62,159 bases of DNA from an uncultured Acidimicrobiales bacterium (GCA_938009905.1 CALLGK010000021.1:1-62159); one strand, 5' to 3'. Positions 10,144 to 20,980 are shown, numbered from the stretch's first letter. The notes: generated from the sequence alone by a model not told the origin. Translations and numbers: made by a program.

Positions 10144-11448
10144 ATGGCAACGTGTTCAACATGCGATGAGCCGCTGGATCTCGAACAGCGCTTCTGCTCG
10201 GCGTGTGGAGCCGGGGTGCAACAGATCGAGTTGATGGACGCAAGCGCGGCCCCAACCGTGTCGAAGCAAACCGTGAGCCGGGGCGGCGGACTCGACTCGA
10301 AGTGGTATCCGGCAATCGGGTTGGTGCTCGCAGCAATCGTTGGTTGGTCAATCTTGTCGTCTGGCGCCTCAGACGAGTTGGCCGATGACGGTGAAACCGA
10401 ACTGGCCGACCCCACCACAAGCGAGGCCGAGACAACAACGACCGAAGCGCCCACAACCAATGCTGATGATGATTCCACGACAGAACGCCCGACCAGAACC
10501 GAGGAGGTCGGCGACTCGTCAACAGACGACGAGGAAGATCCGCCCGCAGTGTTCATTACAAACGGGCCGATCGGCGACACCGGGCTCACGCTTGTCACCT
10601 CAAACCCCATTCGCTTTCTCGATCTCGACACCGGCGAAGTTGTCGAGACGGGGCTCCGAAATCTCAACCCCGTTGCCGTTGTGGGAGACCGGCTGATCGT
10701 CAACTCCGAAAGCTCGGGGAACAACTTGAAGGCGCTCGATCTCAACGACCTTGAAGCTCCGGCCGAGGACTTCGACTCGCCGAACGGCTACCTCTTCAGC
10801 TTCACCGTGGGCGATGACCCAAGCACCATCGTGGCCATCGGCGACAACTACAGCAGCGGCCCCGAGTTGAGTCGCTACGTCTTTGATGCCGAAACAGGAG
10901 CGATCATCGACGAGAGCACGGTCGAGATCAACATTGGCTTCTTCGGAGGCTGGATCACCGACGGTGATTTCACGACACCTCGCTCCGGTGGGGTCTACCG
11001 CTCCGTTGGATCTGGGTTTGAGCTCGTCGGACCTGGTCGAGTGGTCGCCCAAGGGGCAGGCCTTGTGTTGATCGAGGAATGCGATGAGTCGCTTGATTGC
11101 GATTTCTCGTGGCGCGATGCGGATACCTATGACGAGGTCGCGTTGCCGACACCACCAGACGTCGAAGATGGACTCGTGCTGGCTGCTGGCCGCCTGCTGG
11201 CATTCCGATCGAGCTCCAGCTGGCAGGCGTCGCTCTTCGATCTTGAGACCGGCGAAGTGATCGAGACCGAACTTGAACAATCAGAGAATCTTGGAATCGC
11301 CGTCAGCCCCGACAACCGCCTCGTTGCCTTTGTGGGCCACGGAAACACGCAAATACTCGACCTCGAGACCGGCAAGCAGCACCTGGTGCAATTCGAAGCG
11401 GGTAGCGGGTTCTACGGATCGTCCTTGTTGCTGATTCCTTCCCGTTGA
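10144..11448 (+). CDS. Membrane-anchored beta-propeller-like protein with N-terminal zinc ribbon, paralog 3 of 4
   Basis: CSTC-x9-FCSACG zinc ribbon, TM, Thr/acidic linker, FTTPRSGGVY...VVAQG...ECDESLDC. Confidence 0.72.
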   Translation: MATCSTCDEPLDLEQRFCSACGAGVQQIELMDASAAPTVSKQTVSRGGGLDSKWYPAIGLVLAAIVGWSILSSGASDELADDGETELADPTTSEAETTTTEAPTTNADDDSTTERPTRTEEVGDSSTDDEEDPPAVFITNGPIGDTGLTLVTSNPIRFLDLDTGEVVETGLRNLNPVAVVGDRLIVNSESSGNNLKALDLNDLEAPAEDFDSPNGYLFSFTVGDDPSTIVAIGDNYSSGPELSRYVFDAETGAIIDESTVEINIGFFGGWITDGDFTTPRSGGVYRSVGSGFELVGPGRVVAQGAGLVLIEECDESLDCDFSWRDADTYDEVALPTPPDVEDGLVLAAGRLLAFRSSSSWQASLFDLETGEVIETELEQSENLGIAVSPDNRLVAFVGHGNTQILDLETGKQHLVQFEAGSGFYGSSLLLIPSR

Positions 11449-12665
11449 CCGACTCGTCAGCGACGTCGAGCACGCAAACGGTCTCACGAGGGTCTCGGCC
11501 AGGGTGGCTGCTTCTTGTCGCAGGCCTTGTTGTTGCCGTTCTGGCGTGGTCAGCAACGCGCAGCGGCGACAGCGATTCTGCTGACAGCGGCGAAGAAGTG
11601 CCACGCCAGGCAACGACGCAACCGGAGTCGGCCGAAGAGCTCGAAGCCGAACTGGTCATCGAAGAACAAACGGCCACCCTCGAGAGCGACGCAGCCCAGG
11701 CCGACAGTGTCTCGTCCGACGCTGCCCAGCCCGACCAAGCTGTTGAACCTTTCGATGCCACGGCTCGAGTCGAATTGGTAGACGGCCCCGTCGTTGGGAG
11801 TGGTCTCACGCTGGTGTTCGGCAGCCCCTTACGTTTCGTCGACCTCGAGACTGGCGAAGCGATCGAGACGTCGCTCACCAACCGACTACCGGTTGCTCGC
11901 GTTGATGACGTGGTGATTCTTGCCAATCTCAACTCGGGTGGGTTGGAATCGATCGATCTCGACGACCTGGGTGCCCCACCGGTTGGCATTGGCGTTGGCG
12001 AGGTCGGGCCCCGAGCGGTCGCTCCCGGCAACGCGTCGGGGACAATCGTGGTTGTCGGATATGGCATTCAGGGAGAGATCGGCGAGCGTCGCTACACCTT
12101 CGATACTGCAACTGGCGAGGTACTTGAAAGCGTTGCCGTCGACGCAGCGGCGGGATTCGGAAACCAGTTTGGGTTGGCTGAGTTCTTTTCTCCTCGCACC
12201 GGTGGGGTGTATCTCACCGATGTTGATGGGCTGTCGTCGCGGGTGGCCCCAGGCCGACTCGTTGCTCAGGGTTCAGGCCTTCTTCTTGTTGACGTCTGCG
12301 ACGAGCTGCTTGTTTGCGAGACCACGTGGTTCAACGCCGAGACGCTCGCTCCTGTCGACCGTTTCGTTCCGGACGACATTCTCTCCGGTCAGGTTCTGGC
12401 CAACGGCCGATTGCTCGCCTACGAGCCCAAAGGAGTCTCCCGGCTCGATTTGATGGATCTTGAGACGGGTGAGCTGCTGTTGGTCGATTTCGGCAACCCG
12501 GGCACCGCAATCAACGGTGTCTCGGTGAGTCCTGATGACCGCTACCTGGCGTACAGCGGCCGAGGCGGTGCCATCGTGGTTGATCTCGACTCAGGAAACG
12601 AGTTTGAGATCAGGATTGCCGGTACGGGTGGCCCCGGCGCCTTGCTGATGTCGACGGCCAGCTGA
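11445..12665 (+). CDS. Membrane-anchored beta-propeller-like protein, paralog 4 of 4
   Basis: TTGA overlap with paralog 3; FFSPRTGGVY...LVAQG...VCDELLVC; WD40/TolB-like VSPDDRYLAY. Confidence 0.7.
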   Translation: MTDSSATSSTQTVSRGSRPGWLLLVAGLVVAVLAWSATRSGDSDSADSGEEVPRQATTQPESAEELEAELVIEEQTATLESDAAQADSVSSDAAQPDQAVEPFDATARVELVDGPVVGSGLTLVFGSPLRFVDLETGEAIETSLTNRLPVARVDDVVILANLNSGGLESIDLDDLGAPPVGIGVGEVGPRAVAPGNASGTIVVVGYGIQGEIGERRYTFDTATGEVLESVAVDAAAGFGNQFGLAEFFSPRTGGVYLTDVDGLSSRVAPGRLVAQGSGLLLVDVCDELLVCETTWFNAETLAPVDRFVPDDILSGQVLANGRLLAYEPKGVSRLDLMDLETGELLLVDFGNPGTAINGVSVSPDDRYLAYSGRGGAIVVDLDSGNEFEIRIAGTGGPGALLMSTAS

Positions 12666-12990
12666 ACAGCGCTCGAGCAACTGAACAGCGCGCCAGCGCT
12701 AGGTGCGATGGATCATCTGGTCGCGACCTGTGAGCCCGTTTCCGCGACGTCGAGTGGCCTGACAGCCGCGGCGCCGAGGCGACGCGACGCCTAGCGGCCT
12801 TGCTGTTCCGTAGGGAAAAGTCGGGTTGCGAGCCACAAGGTGTGTCATGACAGCGACATGGTGCTTGCTCTAAGTAGATGCACCTATAAACATCCTCAAG
12901 ACTGAGGAAGTCCATGTCGATAGATGCATCGACAAGCATTAGATCCGGGTCTGGACTCTCGAACGTGAGTTCAGGAGGGAACAACAGTGA

Positions 12991-15900
12991 ATGATGAGGA
13001 CAAGCGCGATGACTCTTAGTCCGAATGGCGAACGAGGTCGGACACGACCACTACTCCGGGGTCTCGCGGCCTTGTGCCTGCTGGTTCCGTTACTCGGAGC
13101 CGATCCCGCGTCGGCGGCTGACGGGGATGCCGCCATCACTGGATCATTCTTCGTGGATCTCGATCGAGACGGAACGATCGACGAGGGCGAGTCGATGTCG
13201 GACAGCGACTCGCTCTTCCCACCGAGCGGTATCAGCGTTACGGCGTATGACGCCCGCGGAAACAGCGCTCCAGGCACCGTGACGCCGGGGTCGCCCCCAA
13301 CGTATTCGATCGACGTGACCGGTCTGGTCGCAAGCAACTTCCGGGTTGAATTCGACGTTGTTGACGCCGGGTTTGCGCCGACCGTGGTTGGCGCCGACTC
13401 AGCGTCGGCCGTGCAATTTGTCGCCGCAGGCGCGGTGGCCAACTTTGGTGTCGTCCCGCCATCGAACTGTCGTGACGGCGAAGGTGCACTCTTTCTCACG
13501 TGCTACACGGTCGCTGATCTTGTCGACACGGTCGTGACGCTGGACTACGAAGTCGACCCGGCTTCGAAAACAGCCAACGCAGCGGGCGCCGACACCGGTG
13601 CTGTTTGGGGGCTGGCCTACGACGAGTGGACGGACACGATCTGGACCTCCGCCACGTTGCGGCGCACCTTTGCGATGGGGCCAGCGGGTCTGTCCGGGCT
13701 CTATGCCCAAACCACCGCGGACGGTGCTTGGCAAGCCTTCGATCTCGGCCCCGACTTCACAGGCGGCTTTGACGTCGCATCTGCCAACGAAGAGACGATT
13801 GCGGCGAACGTCGCTCGGGTCGGCATTGGTGACATCGATCTTTCTCCGGATGGGCGGCGGCTCTTTGCTTCGAACCTGGCGAACAACTCCGTCTACGTGT
13901 ACGACGTGTCAAGCGGCTCGCCCGTGCTCGAGACGACCATCGCCATTCCCAACCCCGGGTGTGCCGATGGCGACTCGCATCAGATCTGGGCCCTCAGTGC
14001 GACCGGCAACACCACGGCGCTCGTTGGTGCTGTGTGTACGGCGGAAGCAACACAAGATGGCGCAAACCTGACCGCATCTGTCATCGAGATCGACACGACC
14101 GGCACGGTCACGAATGTGCCCGGTCTCACCACATTCCCGCTCGACTACGAGCGCGGCTGTTCAACCGATACTCCTGATTGTTCGAACGTCTCGCATCCAT
14201 GGACCAACTCTTCTGCGTACCTCTGGGACAACCACGCCAACCCGACGTGGGGCGGAGCGTGGAACGATGTTCGCCAGCCCGTGCTCACGGACATCGAGGT
14301 AGCCGACAACGGCGAGCTCGTGCTCGGGTTCCTCGACCGCACATCGTTCCAGCACACGGCGCAGACCACGTGGGATGACTCCTCAACGCCTGACGTGAAT
14401 GAGGCTGCCCTTGGCTGGCTTCACATGGGAAGTGGCGGCGAACTGCTTCACGTCGCCAACACCGGAACCGAAGCGTCTCCCGTCTACGTCCTAGACCCGG
14501 CCATCACCGTTGGCGGCGGGGCCGAGCATTTCAACGACCAGTCAGTCTGGAACGCCCACCAGGAGATCGCATCGGGATCGGTCTGGCACCACCCGAGAAC
14601 AAACGATGTGGTTGCGACGGTGATGGACCCGATCGAACTCAACAGTCTCGGTCTTCGAATCAGCGACGTCGCCAGTGGCGAAACGGTGACGGGATACGAG
14701 CTGGGTGGCGGAAACGCCCAGTACAAAGCGGGCGGCCTCGGTGATGTCGAGGGCTGCTTCATTCCGATCGAAATCGGCAATCGCGTCTGGCTCGACTTGG
14801 ATGGAGATGGTCTGCAAGGCCCCGGTGAGACACCGCTCGCTGGTGTCACCATCACGGTGGAGGGCCCCGGTCTGCCTGAGGGCGGCGTGTCCGTCGTCAC
14901 CGACGAAAACGGCAATTGGACGATTGACTCCACCGACGGGCTGACACACAACGGGTCCTACACGGTGACCGTTGATCCATCTACCAACACCACGCCGCTC
15001 CCCGGTCAGTTCACCAATGCGGACCTAACCCCAACGACCACCGAGGCCGCCGCCACAGCGACCGCTGGTTCGAACATGCTGCCCGACGGCACCTTCGTCG
15101 CCGACACCGGGAACCCCGGCCAGAACGATCACAGCTTCGACGCTGGCTTCGTGCTCCCGCACGACCTGGCCCTCGAAACGACGCTGACCTCGTTCGACAT
15201 CGACACTCGCACTGCCGTCTTTGCAGTCGAGGTCATGAACCAGGGCACGCAGGTCGAGGACTTCACGGTCGCCAACTATCTCGACACCCCGACCGCCGAC
15301 GTCTGGGCCGACTTCTCCACCGCGGCAAACCCTGATGGTCTGACAGCTGAGGTCGATCTCGACCATGACGGCACCACCGACCCGGAAACCGCGCTGGTCT
15401 ACTCGTGGGATGCAGCGTCTGCGCAACAGCCCACAATTGAATTCGACGGCATTCTGCCAACCGGTCAATCGGTCACTGTCCCCGTGACGCTCACGTGGAA
15501 CAGCCCGGTTCCCGTTGGTGGCGACATCGACCTTTGGGCCGAGATTTCGTCGTTCGACTCCGACGGTGATCCGGCCACGGCCGCGCCGGTTGACGCCGAC
15601 TCGACGCCCGACGCCGAACAGGCCAATGACAATCAACCGGACGCTGCTGGCGACCCCACCGATGGTGAGACAGGCGAGGATGCCCTCAACGACGGAGGCG
15701 ACGAAGACGATCACGACGTCGCTGGAGTCAGCTGGTGGGATCTCACCCTGATCAACGAGCGTTCGCCGGAACAATCCTTCATCGTTGACTACTCCGCTGC
15801 GCCGCCGACCATCGCCTTCGACATCACGGTTGGCAATCAGGGCTCAGAGCCAGCAGCAGACATCGTCGTCACCGACTACGTGCCGGCTGGTACCACCTAT

Positions 15901-18900
15901 TCGGAGCGCAGCGCGCCGGACATGCCAACGGTCACCGAACTCGGCGCCTCGTTGGACGTCACTGACAACGGCGACGGCACCTTCGCCCTTTCCGCCCTTG
16001 ACGTGGGTGACTCAGCGACGTTCAGCATCGTGGTTGACGTCGTCGACACTTCGTACGACGAGTTTGTCAATGGGGCAGAGATCTCGGCGTTCACCGACGC
16101 CAACGGGAACGTTCAGGTCGATATCGACTCCACGCCAGACGCAATCAATGACGACGCTGTAGGGGCCGACTCGGTCAACGTCGACGATCCCCGCAACTCT
16201 CACAACGATCTGAACTTTGACCCGGATGGCGACGGCAACGTCAACGAGGCGACGCCAGGTGATGAGGATGATCACGACGTCGAGTTGGTTGTCGCTCCCT
16301 ACGACCTTGCACTGCGCAATGTGGTCGATACGGAAGCCACAGACTTCCCGCTCGCCCCCGGCGATCAGGTGACATTCAGTCTCGAGGTCACGAACCAGGG
16401 CAGGAGCGTCGCAGAGATTGATCTCACCGACACGATCGACCTTGCGGTCTGGGAACCCTTCGAGGCCGAATACAACCCAGAGGGTGTGACAGCAGGCGAC
16501 CAAGCGTTGCCGTTCACGTGGGTCTCAGACCCGGCCGCCCCGGTGGTGACGATTGTCGGAACTCTGCCGCCAGGAGAAACGATCGCGGTGCCAATCACGT
16601 TGACCATTCCGGCGACGTACTCCGACACAGCTGGTCCGCTCGAGAACGTTGCTGAAATCTCGCGATTCGACAACGACAACGATCCGTTGAACGACGACCC
16701 AACCGACATCGATTCGACTCCAGACCAAATTCCCGATGACCCGACGACTGACGATGAGATCAACGAGAACCCCACCTCGGGCGACACGAGTGGCGACGGG
16801 ATTGTTGATGAAGACGATCACGACATCGCGCTGGTTTCCGTGCTCGACGTCGCGCTTCGCAAGACGTTGGCTCGTTCAACTGCGACGCCAGTCCAACCAA
16901 GCCAAGATGTCACGTTCGATGTCTTGGTCATCAACCAGGGAAGTGTCGACGCCACCGACATCGACGTAACAAACTACGTGGATCTCGACATGTGGCTTCC
17001 GTTCGACGTGGCCAGCAACCCGGAGGCGAAGACCACAGGCGACGTGGCGCTTGACTACATCTGGAGGACGAACGAAACCGATGGTTTCGTACGGCTGAAC
17101 GGCACGATTGCACCCGGTGAATCAGTTGTGGTGCCGGTGACGTTGACCATCGCCCCCGATGCCGATTTGACCGAGCTGGCGAGCATCGCCGAAATCAGCG
17201 GTGTGACTGCCACCGTCGATGATGACGGTGATCCCGACACCGAGCCGACGGAGCTGTTCAACGCGGATGGATCTCCAGTTACCGACATTGATTCAACGCC
17301 AGACGCCATCAACGACGAGTTCGATCCGACCGACGAGGAAAACGACGCCCTCGTGGATGATGAAGTGGCCAATGCCTTTGGTGATGAGGACGACCACGAC
17401 ATTGCTGTGGTGCCACCATCGACGTGGAGCCTCGGCAACCAGGTCTGGCTTGACGCAGACAACGACGGCACCCCCGACGTAGGAGAAACACCGATCGCCG
17501 GAGTGGCACTGGAGCTGTACGCCGATGCCGACAACAACGGCGAGCCTGACCTCGATGAAACTGGTGTTCCCAACGTTCTGGCGACGGCGGAGACCGGCGC
17601 CGACGGTGCGTACCTCTTCAGCGAGCTCCCGGCTGGCACGTACATCGTGGGGATCCCCGAGGAGAACTTCCTCGACGCTGGTCCTCTCGAGGCGACGACG
17701 CCGTCGACCCCGGTCGAAGCCAACCCCGACACCGACATCGACGATGACTCCAACGGTGTGCTCGACGGAGACGGCGCAGTCGTGTCTGGGCCGGTTGTGC
17801 TCGGTGACGGCGAACCGATGGCAGAGCCTGGGATTGACAACGATCTCGAGACCGCAGATGGCAACGAGAACCTGACCGTCGACTTCGGATTCTGGATGCC
17901 TGAACCCGATCTTGCTCTTCGAGTCATTCTTGACCCGACCACGGACCTGCCGGTGACGCCAGAGACATCCGTGACGTTCTTGATCGACGTCATGAACCAG
18001 GGCAACGTAGATGTCGCCGATCTGACCGTTGCGAACTACATCGACCCAGCAGCATGGGCGGCGTTCGACGAAGCGCTGAATCCTGAGGGGTCCACGACGG
18101 GCGACGCATCGCTGCCGTTCACGGTTTCCCCCTCAAAGACCGCTGGAGCGACTGCAACGTTTGACGGTGTACTCGAGCCCGGCCAAACGATGACCGTGCC
18201 GATTACTCTTGTCGTTGCCAGCGAGGCATCGCTCGATCAACTGGCCGCCCTCGCAGAGATCTCAGCGTTCACGCCGGTGATTGACGATGACGCCGATGAC
18301 GTCACCCCGCCAGTGGCAGTCGTGATGCCTGACGGCGCAACGCCTGGCGATGTCGACTCCACGCCAGACGACATCAACGATGACCCTCTCGTGGACAACG
18401 TGATCGACAACACAGATGGTGATGAAGACGACCATGACATCGCAGAGGTCGCACCGCCCACGTACAACCTGGGCAATCAGGTGTGGCTCGATGCCGACAA
18501 CGATGGTGTGCTCGAAGCTGATGAAGAGCTTGTTCCTGACGTCGTCATGCATCTCTTCACTGACGTTGATGGCGACGGGCTCCCCGACGATCTCAACGCA
18601 GATGGCGTGATCGACACCGCAGATGCGGTGCAGGTCACGACCACCGGAGCAGATGGTGCGTACCTCTTCGAGGGCCTCGCGTCCGGCGACTACGTGGTGG
18701 GTGCGAGCCCGGACAACTTCGTTGCTGGTGGGCCACTTGCCGGCGCGATTTCTTCAGATCCCACTTCGGACGACCCAGATGGGTTTGGCGACGCTGACGT
18801 AGACAGCGACGATGACGGCGTTGCCTGCGGTTGTCCTGATGGATACGTCTTGTCGGCGCCTGTGACCCTTCTCGACATCGAGCCGGTGGATGAGGTCGGG

Positions 18901-19530
18901 CACAACAACAACGATCCGAACCACCCCGATGCTCTTTCGAATCTGACCGTCGACATGGGTTTCTGGGTGCCAAACTTCGACCTGTCACTTGTTGCAGAGC
19001 GAGCTACAGGCACACCAGACACCGTGACCGTTGGGGATCAGGTGACGTTCAAGGTCACCGTTTCCAACGAGGGGGACGTGACGGCCGGTGACATCGAACT
19101 CGTAGCGTTCTTGCCACCGTCGGTGTCGCTGGTTGACGGCGACTGGGCCGTAGCTGGCGAGGGAACGTTCTCTGCCTCGATGCCTGGCACGCTCGAGCCG
19201 GGGGAAACAATGACCGTTGAGTTGAATGGCAGGGTCAACTCGGGTGGGGCTGTTGGATTCGACGCAGACGTGGCTGGTGCCGTTGCTCTCAATCCTTCCG
19301 GCCTGCCATATCTGATGGCAGATGGCTCCCCGCTGGCTGATGTGGATGGTGCGTTCAACGTTGGCGCCGGCGACACGTTCTCGAGCGCTCAGGTCACTGC
19401 AGTTCCGCCTCCGTTGGCGTTCACCGGACAAAATTCCGGTGTGTTCGTGCGCACCGCGGCGCTGCTCATGCTCGTCGGTGGAGCGATGGTTCTTGGAGTT
19501 CGACGGCGCACGTCAGTCGCGGTTCGCTGA
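12991..19530 (+). CDS. Giant cell-wall-anchored surface protein (SdrD B-like and DUF11 repeats, N-terminal propeller-like region, LAFTG sorting signal)
   Basis: Signal peptide; three (I/L)GNxVWLDxxxDG modules; repeated DLAL...VxNQG...AEIS...D(I/V/A)DSTPD...DEDDHD modules; C-terminal LAFTG + TM + RRR. Confidence 0.85.
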   Translation: MMRTSAMTLSPNGERGRTRPLLRGLAALCLLVPLLGADPASAADGDAAITGSFFVDLDRDGTIDEGESMSDSDSLFPPSGISVTAYDARGNSAPGTVTPGSPPTYSIDVTGLVASNFRVEFDVVDAGFAPTVVGADSASAVQFVAAGAVANFGVVPPSNCRDGEGALFLTCYTVADLVDTVVTLDYEVDPASKTANAAGADTGAVWGLAYDEWTDTIWTSATLRRTFAMGPAGLSGLYAQTTADGAWQAFDLGPDFTGGFDVASANEETIAANVARVGIGDIDLSPDGRRLFASNLANNSVYVYDVSSGSPVLETTIAIPNPGCADGDSHQIWALSATGNTTALVGAVCTAEATQDGANLTASVIEIDTTGTVTNVPGLTTFPLDYERGCSTDTPDCSNVSHPWTNSSAYLWDNHANPTWGGAWNDVRQPVLTDIEVADNGELVLGFLDRTSFQHTAQTTWDDSSTPDVNEAALGWLHMGSGGELLHVANTGTEASPVYVLDPAITVGGGAEHFNDQSVWNAHQEIASGSVWHHPRTNDVVATVMDPIELNSLGLRISDVASGETVTGYELGGGNAQYKAGGLGDVEGCFIPIEIGNRVWLDLDGDGLQGPGETPLAGVTITVEGPGLPEGGVSVVTDENGNWTIDSTDGLTHNGSYTVTVDPSTNTTPLPGQFTNADLTPTTTEAAATATAGSNMLPDGTFVADTGNPGQNDHSFDAGFVLPHDLALETTLTSFDIDTRTAVFAVEVMNQGTQVEDFTVANYLDTPTADVWADFSTAANPDGLTAEVDLDHDGTTDPETALVYSWDAASAQQPTIEFDGILPTGQSVTVPVTLTWNSPVPVGGDIDLWAEISSFDSDGDPATAAPVDADSTPDAEQANDNQPDAAGDPTDGETGEDALNDGGDEDDHDVAGVSWWDLTLINERSPEQSFIVDYSAAPPTIAFDITVGNQGSEPAADIVVTDYVPAGTTYSERSAPDMPTVTELGASLDVTDNGDGTFALSALDVGDSATFSIVVDVVDTSYDEFVNGAEISAFTDANGNVQVDIDSTPDAINDDAVGADSVNVDDPRNSHNDLNFDPDGDGNVNEATPGDEDDHDVELVVAPYDLALRNVVDTEATDFPLAPGDQVTFSLEVTNQGRSVAEIDLTDTIDLAVWEPFEAEYNPEGVTAGDQALPFTWVSDPAAPVVTIVGTLPPGETIAVPITLTIPATYSDTAGPLENVAEISRFDNDNDPLNDDPTDIDSTPDQIPDDPTTDDEINENPTSGDTSGDGIVDEDDHDIALVSVLDVALRKTLARSTATPVQPSQDVTFDVLVINQGSVDATDIDVTNYVDLDMWLPFDVASNPEAKTTGDVALDYIWRTNETDGFVRLNGTIAPGESVVVPVTLTIAPDADLTELASIAEISGVTATVDDDGDPDTEPTELFNADGSPVTDIDSTPDAINDEFDPTDEENDALVDDEVANAFGDEDDHDIAVVPPSTWSLGNQVWLDADNDGTPDVGETPIAGVALELYADADNNGEPDLDETGVPNVLATAETGADGAYLFSELPAGTYIVGIPEENFLDAGPLEATTPSTPVEANPDTDIDDDSNGVLDGDGAVVSGPVVLGDGEPMAEPGIDNDLETADGNENLTVDFGFWMPEPDLALRVILDPTTDLPVTPETSVTFLIDVMNQGNVDVADLTVANYIDPAAWAAFDEALNPEGSTTGDASLPFTVSPSKTAGATATFDGVLEPGQTMTVPITLVVASEASLDQLAALAEISAFTPVIDDDADDVTPPVAVVMPDGATPGDVDSTPDDINDDPLVDNVIDNTDGDEDDHDIAEVAPPTYNLGNQVWLDADNDGVLEADEELVPDVVMHLFTDVDGDGLPDDLNADGVIDTADAVQVTTTGADGAYLFEGLASGDYVVGASPDNFVAGGPLAGAISSDPTSDDPDGFGDADVDSDDDGVACGCPDGYVLSAPVTLLDIEPVDEVGHNNNDPNHPDALSNLTVDMGFWVPNFDLSLVAERATGTPDTVTVGDQVTFKVTVSNEGDVTAGDIELVAFLPPSVSLVDGDWAVAGEGTFSASMPGTLEPGETMTVELNGRVNSGGAVGFDADVAGAVALNPSGLPYLMADGSPLADVDGAFNVGAGDTFSSAQVTAVPPPLAFTGQNSGVFVRTAALLMLVGGAMVLGVRRRTSVAVR

Positions 19531-19593
19531 TGTCGACCGGTGACCGCAAGCCGATCGAACGGCCTCGATCGAAAGGGACGCAATCGAAGAGAC

Positions 19594-20028
19594 TCAGCTG
19601 AGGCCGTGCATCTGGATGAAGCCATTGATGGCGACGGCACCCAGATCGTTGAGGTTGCGGTACCCGAGCGACTCGTAGAAGGCGAGCTGCCGGGGCTCGT
19701 CGTCTGTCAGCAGAACCTTCTGATGCACGTGGTCGTACGTCGAAAGGCAGCGTTGCACGAGGATGGCCCCAACTCCCTTGCGCTGGTGACTCGGCCTGAC
19801 GAGTACGTCTTGGAGATACATGATCGAGACGTCATCGCTCAGCACCCGAGCGAGCCCAACCAGTTGTCCTTCGGCGTCGCGGGCCGTGACCACGTATGTC
19901 GAGCGGTCGACGGCTCGAGCCAATCCATCAGGATCGGCGGCGTACCGCATCCAGCCCACTGACTCATAGAGATCGACGAGTTCTTTGATAGGGACGACTT
20001 CTTCGTCGGAAAAGTCCAGCTGTTCCAC
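19594..20028 (-). CDS. GNAT-family N-acetyltransferase
   Basis: LVGLARV, QDVLVRPSHQRKGVG, FYESLGY. Confidence 0.88.
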   Translation of the reverse strand: MEQLDFSDEEVVPIKELVDLYESVGWMRYAADPDGLARAVDRSTYVVTARDAEGQLVGLARVLSDDVSIMYLQDVLVRPSHQRKGVGAILVQRCLSTYDHVHQKVLLTDDEPRQLAFYESLGYRNLNDLGAVAINGFIQMHGLS

Positions 20029-20085
20029 ACCTCAACCCTAGAAGGTGGGTTCGGCGAGCGAGCGGTCCGGCTTGTGAACTATCGA

Positions 20086-20961
20086 TCAGTTCGATGATGG
20101 GAGGAGCCGTTCGATCAGAAGGTCGACGAGCGGGTTGGGAAGTGCGCCGTCGCGGGTAGCGGCAACCAGTTGGCGAGTAGCGATCGGTTTGCGGCGAATC
20201 GGTTCGAGACCGTCCGGACCTCGCTCGGCCTGGCCTGTTGGCAGGATCGTCCACCCCAGCCCGAGCCGAACCATTTCCTTCAGAACTTCGGGCTGGTGGG
20301 ACTCGGCCGAAACGTCAACGGTGGCTCCGGCATCGCGCAGCACCCGTTCGGCGAGCGCGCGTGTGTGAGAGCCAGACGGAAACAGCACCCACGGGCCCCA
20401 CGTGGCCGGGTTGGTCGTCGTTGCGCCCGCCGGGGCATAGATGGCGAGGTCTTCCGTGATGAGCTCGTGCGTGTGGACGCCAATGGGCTCAACCAACGGT
20501 CGGACAACGACCACCACGTCGAGCTGCGCGGCCAGCAGTTGTTCGAGTAATCCACCCGATGGGCCGACGGTGAGATGGAAGTCGACGTCTGGGTGCTCAG
20601 TGCGAAAGTCGCTGAGCTGCGACGAGAAGTGATCGATCGCCGCGGCGTCGATCATGCCGATGCGGATCTCGCCACCGGCACCCGTCTCGCGTCGATCGAG
20701 CCACTGGCCGAGATCGCTCGTTTGCGCGATGACGGAACGGGCGTAATCGAGCACCGGCATGGCCTGAGGAGCAACGACGCGCCGTCGTCCTTGACGTTCG
20801 AACAGCTTCTGGCCGAGGCGTCGCTCGAGCTCGGCCAGCCCTTGCGAAAGCGCCGAGGGTGTCACGCCCCGGGACGCTGCCGCGTCGGCCCACGTGTCTG
20901 CCGTGGCGACCGCAACGAGGTAGTCGAGCTGCTGAACGGTCACTTGGGGGAGCTGGCGCAC
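20086..20961 (-). CDS. LysR-family transcriptional regulator
   Basis: HTH QQLDYLVAVA...VTPSALSQGLAELERRLGQKLFER; C-terminal VRLGLGWTILP; GTG start at 20961. Confidence 0.9.
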   Translation of the reverse strand: MRQLPQVTVQQLDYLVAVATADTWADAAASRGVTPSALSQGLAELERRLGQKLFERQGRRRVVAPQAMPVLDYARSVIAQTSDLGQWLDRRETGAGGEIRIGMIDAAAIDHFSSQLSDFRTEHPDVDFHLTVGPSGGLLEQLLAAQLDVVVVVRPLVEPIGVHTHELITEDLAIYAPAGATTTNPATWGPWVLFPSGSHTRALAERVLRDAGATVDVSAESHQPEVLKEMVRLGLGWTILPTGQAERGPDGLEPIRRKPIATRQLVAATRDGALPNPLVDLLIERLLPSSN

Positions 20962-20967
20962 AATAGA

Positions 20968-20980
20968 TAAGTATTGCTTA
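20968..20980. promoter_or_regulatory. Putative LysR binding site (T-N11-A dyad) between divergent lysR and ino1
   Basis: TAAG-TATTG-CTTA inverted repeat in a 60-bp AT-rich divergent spacer. Confidence 0.5.
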
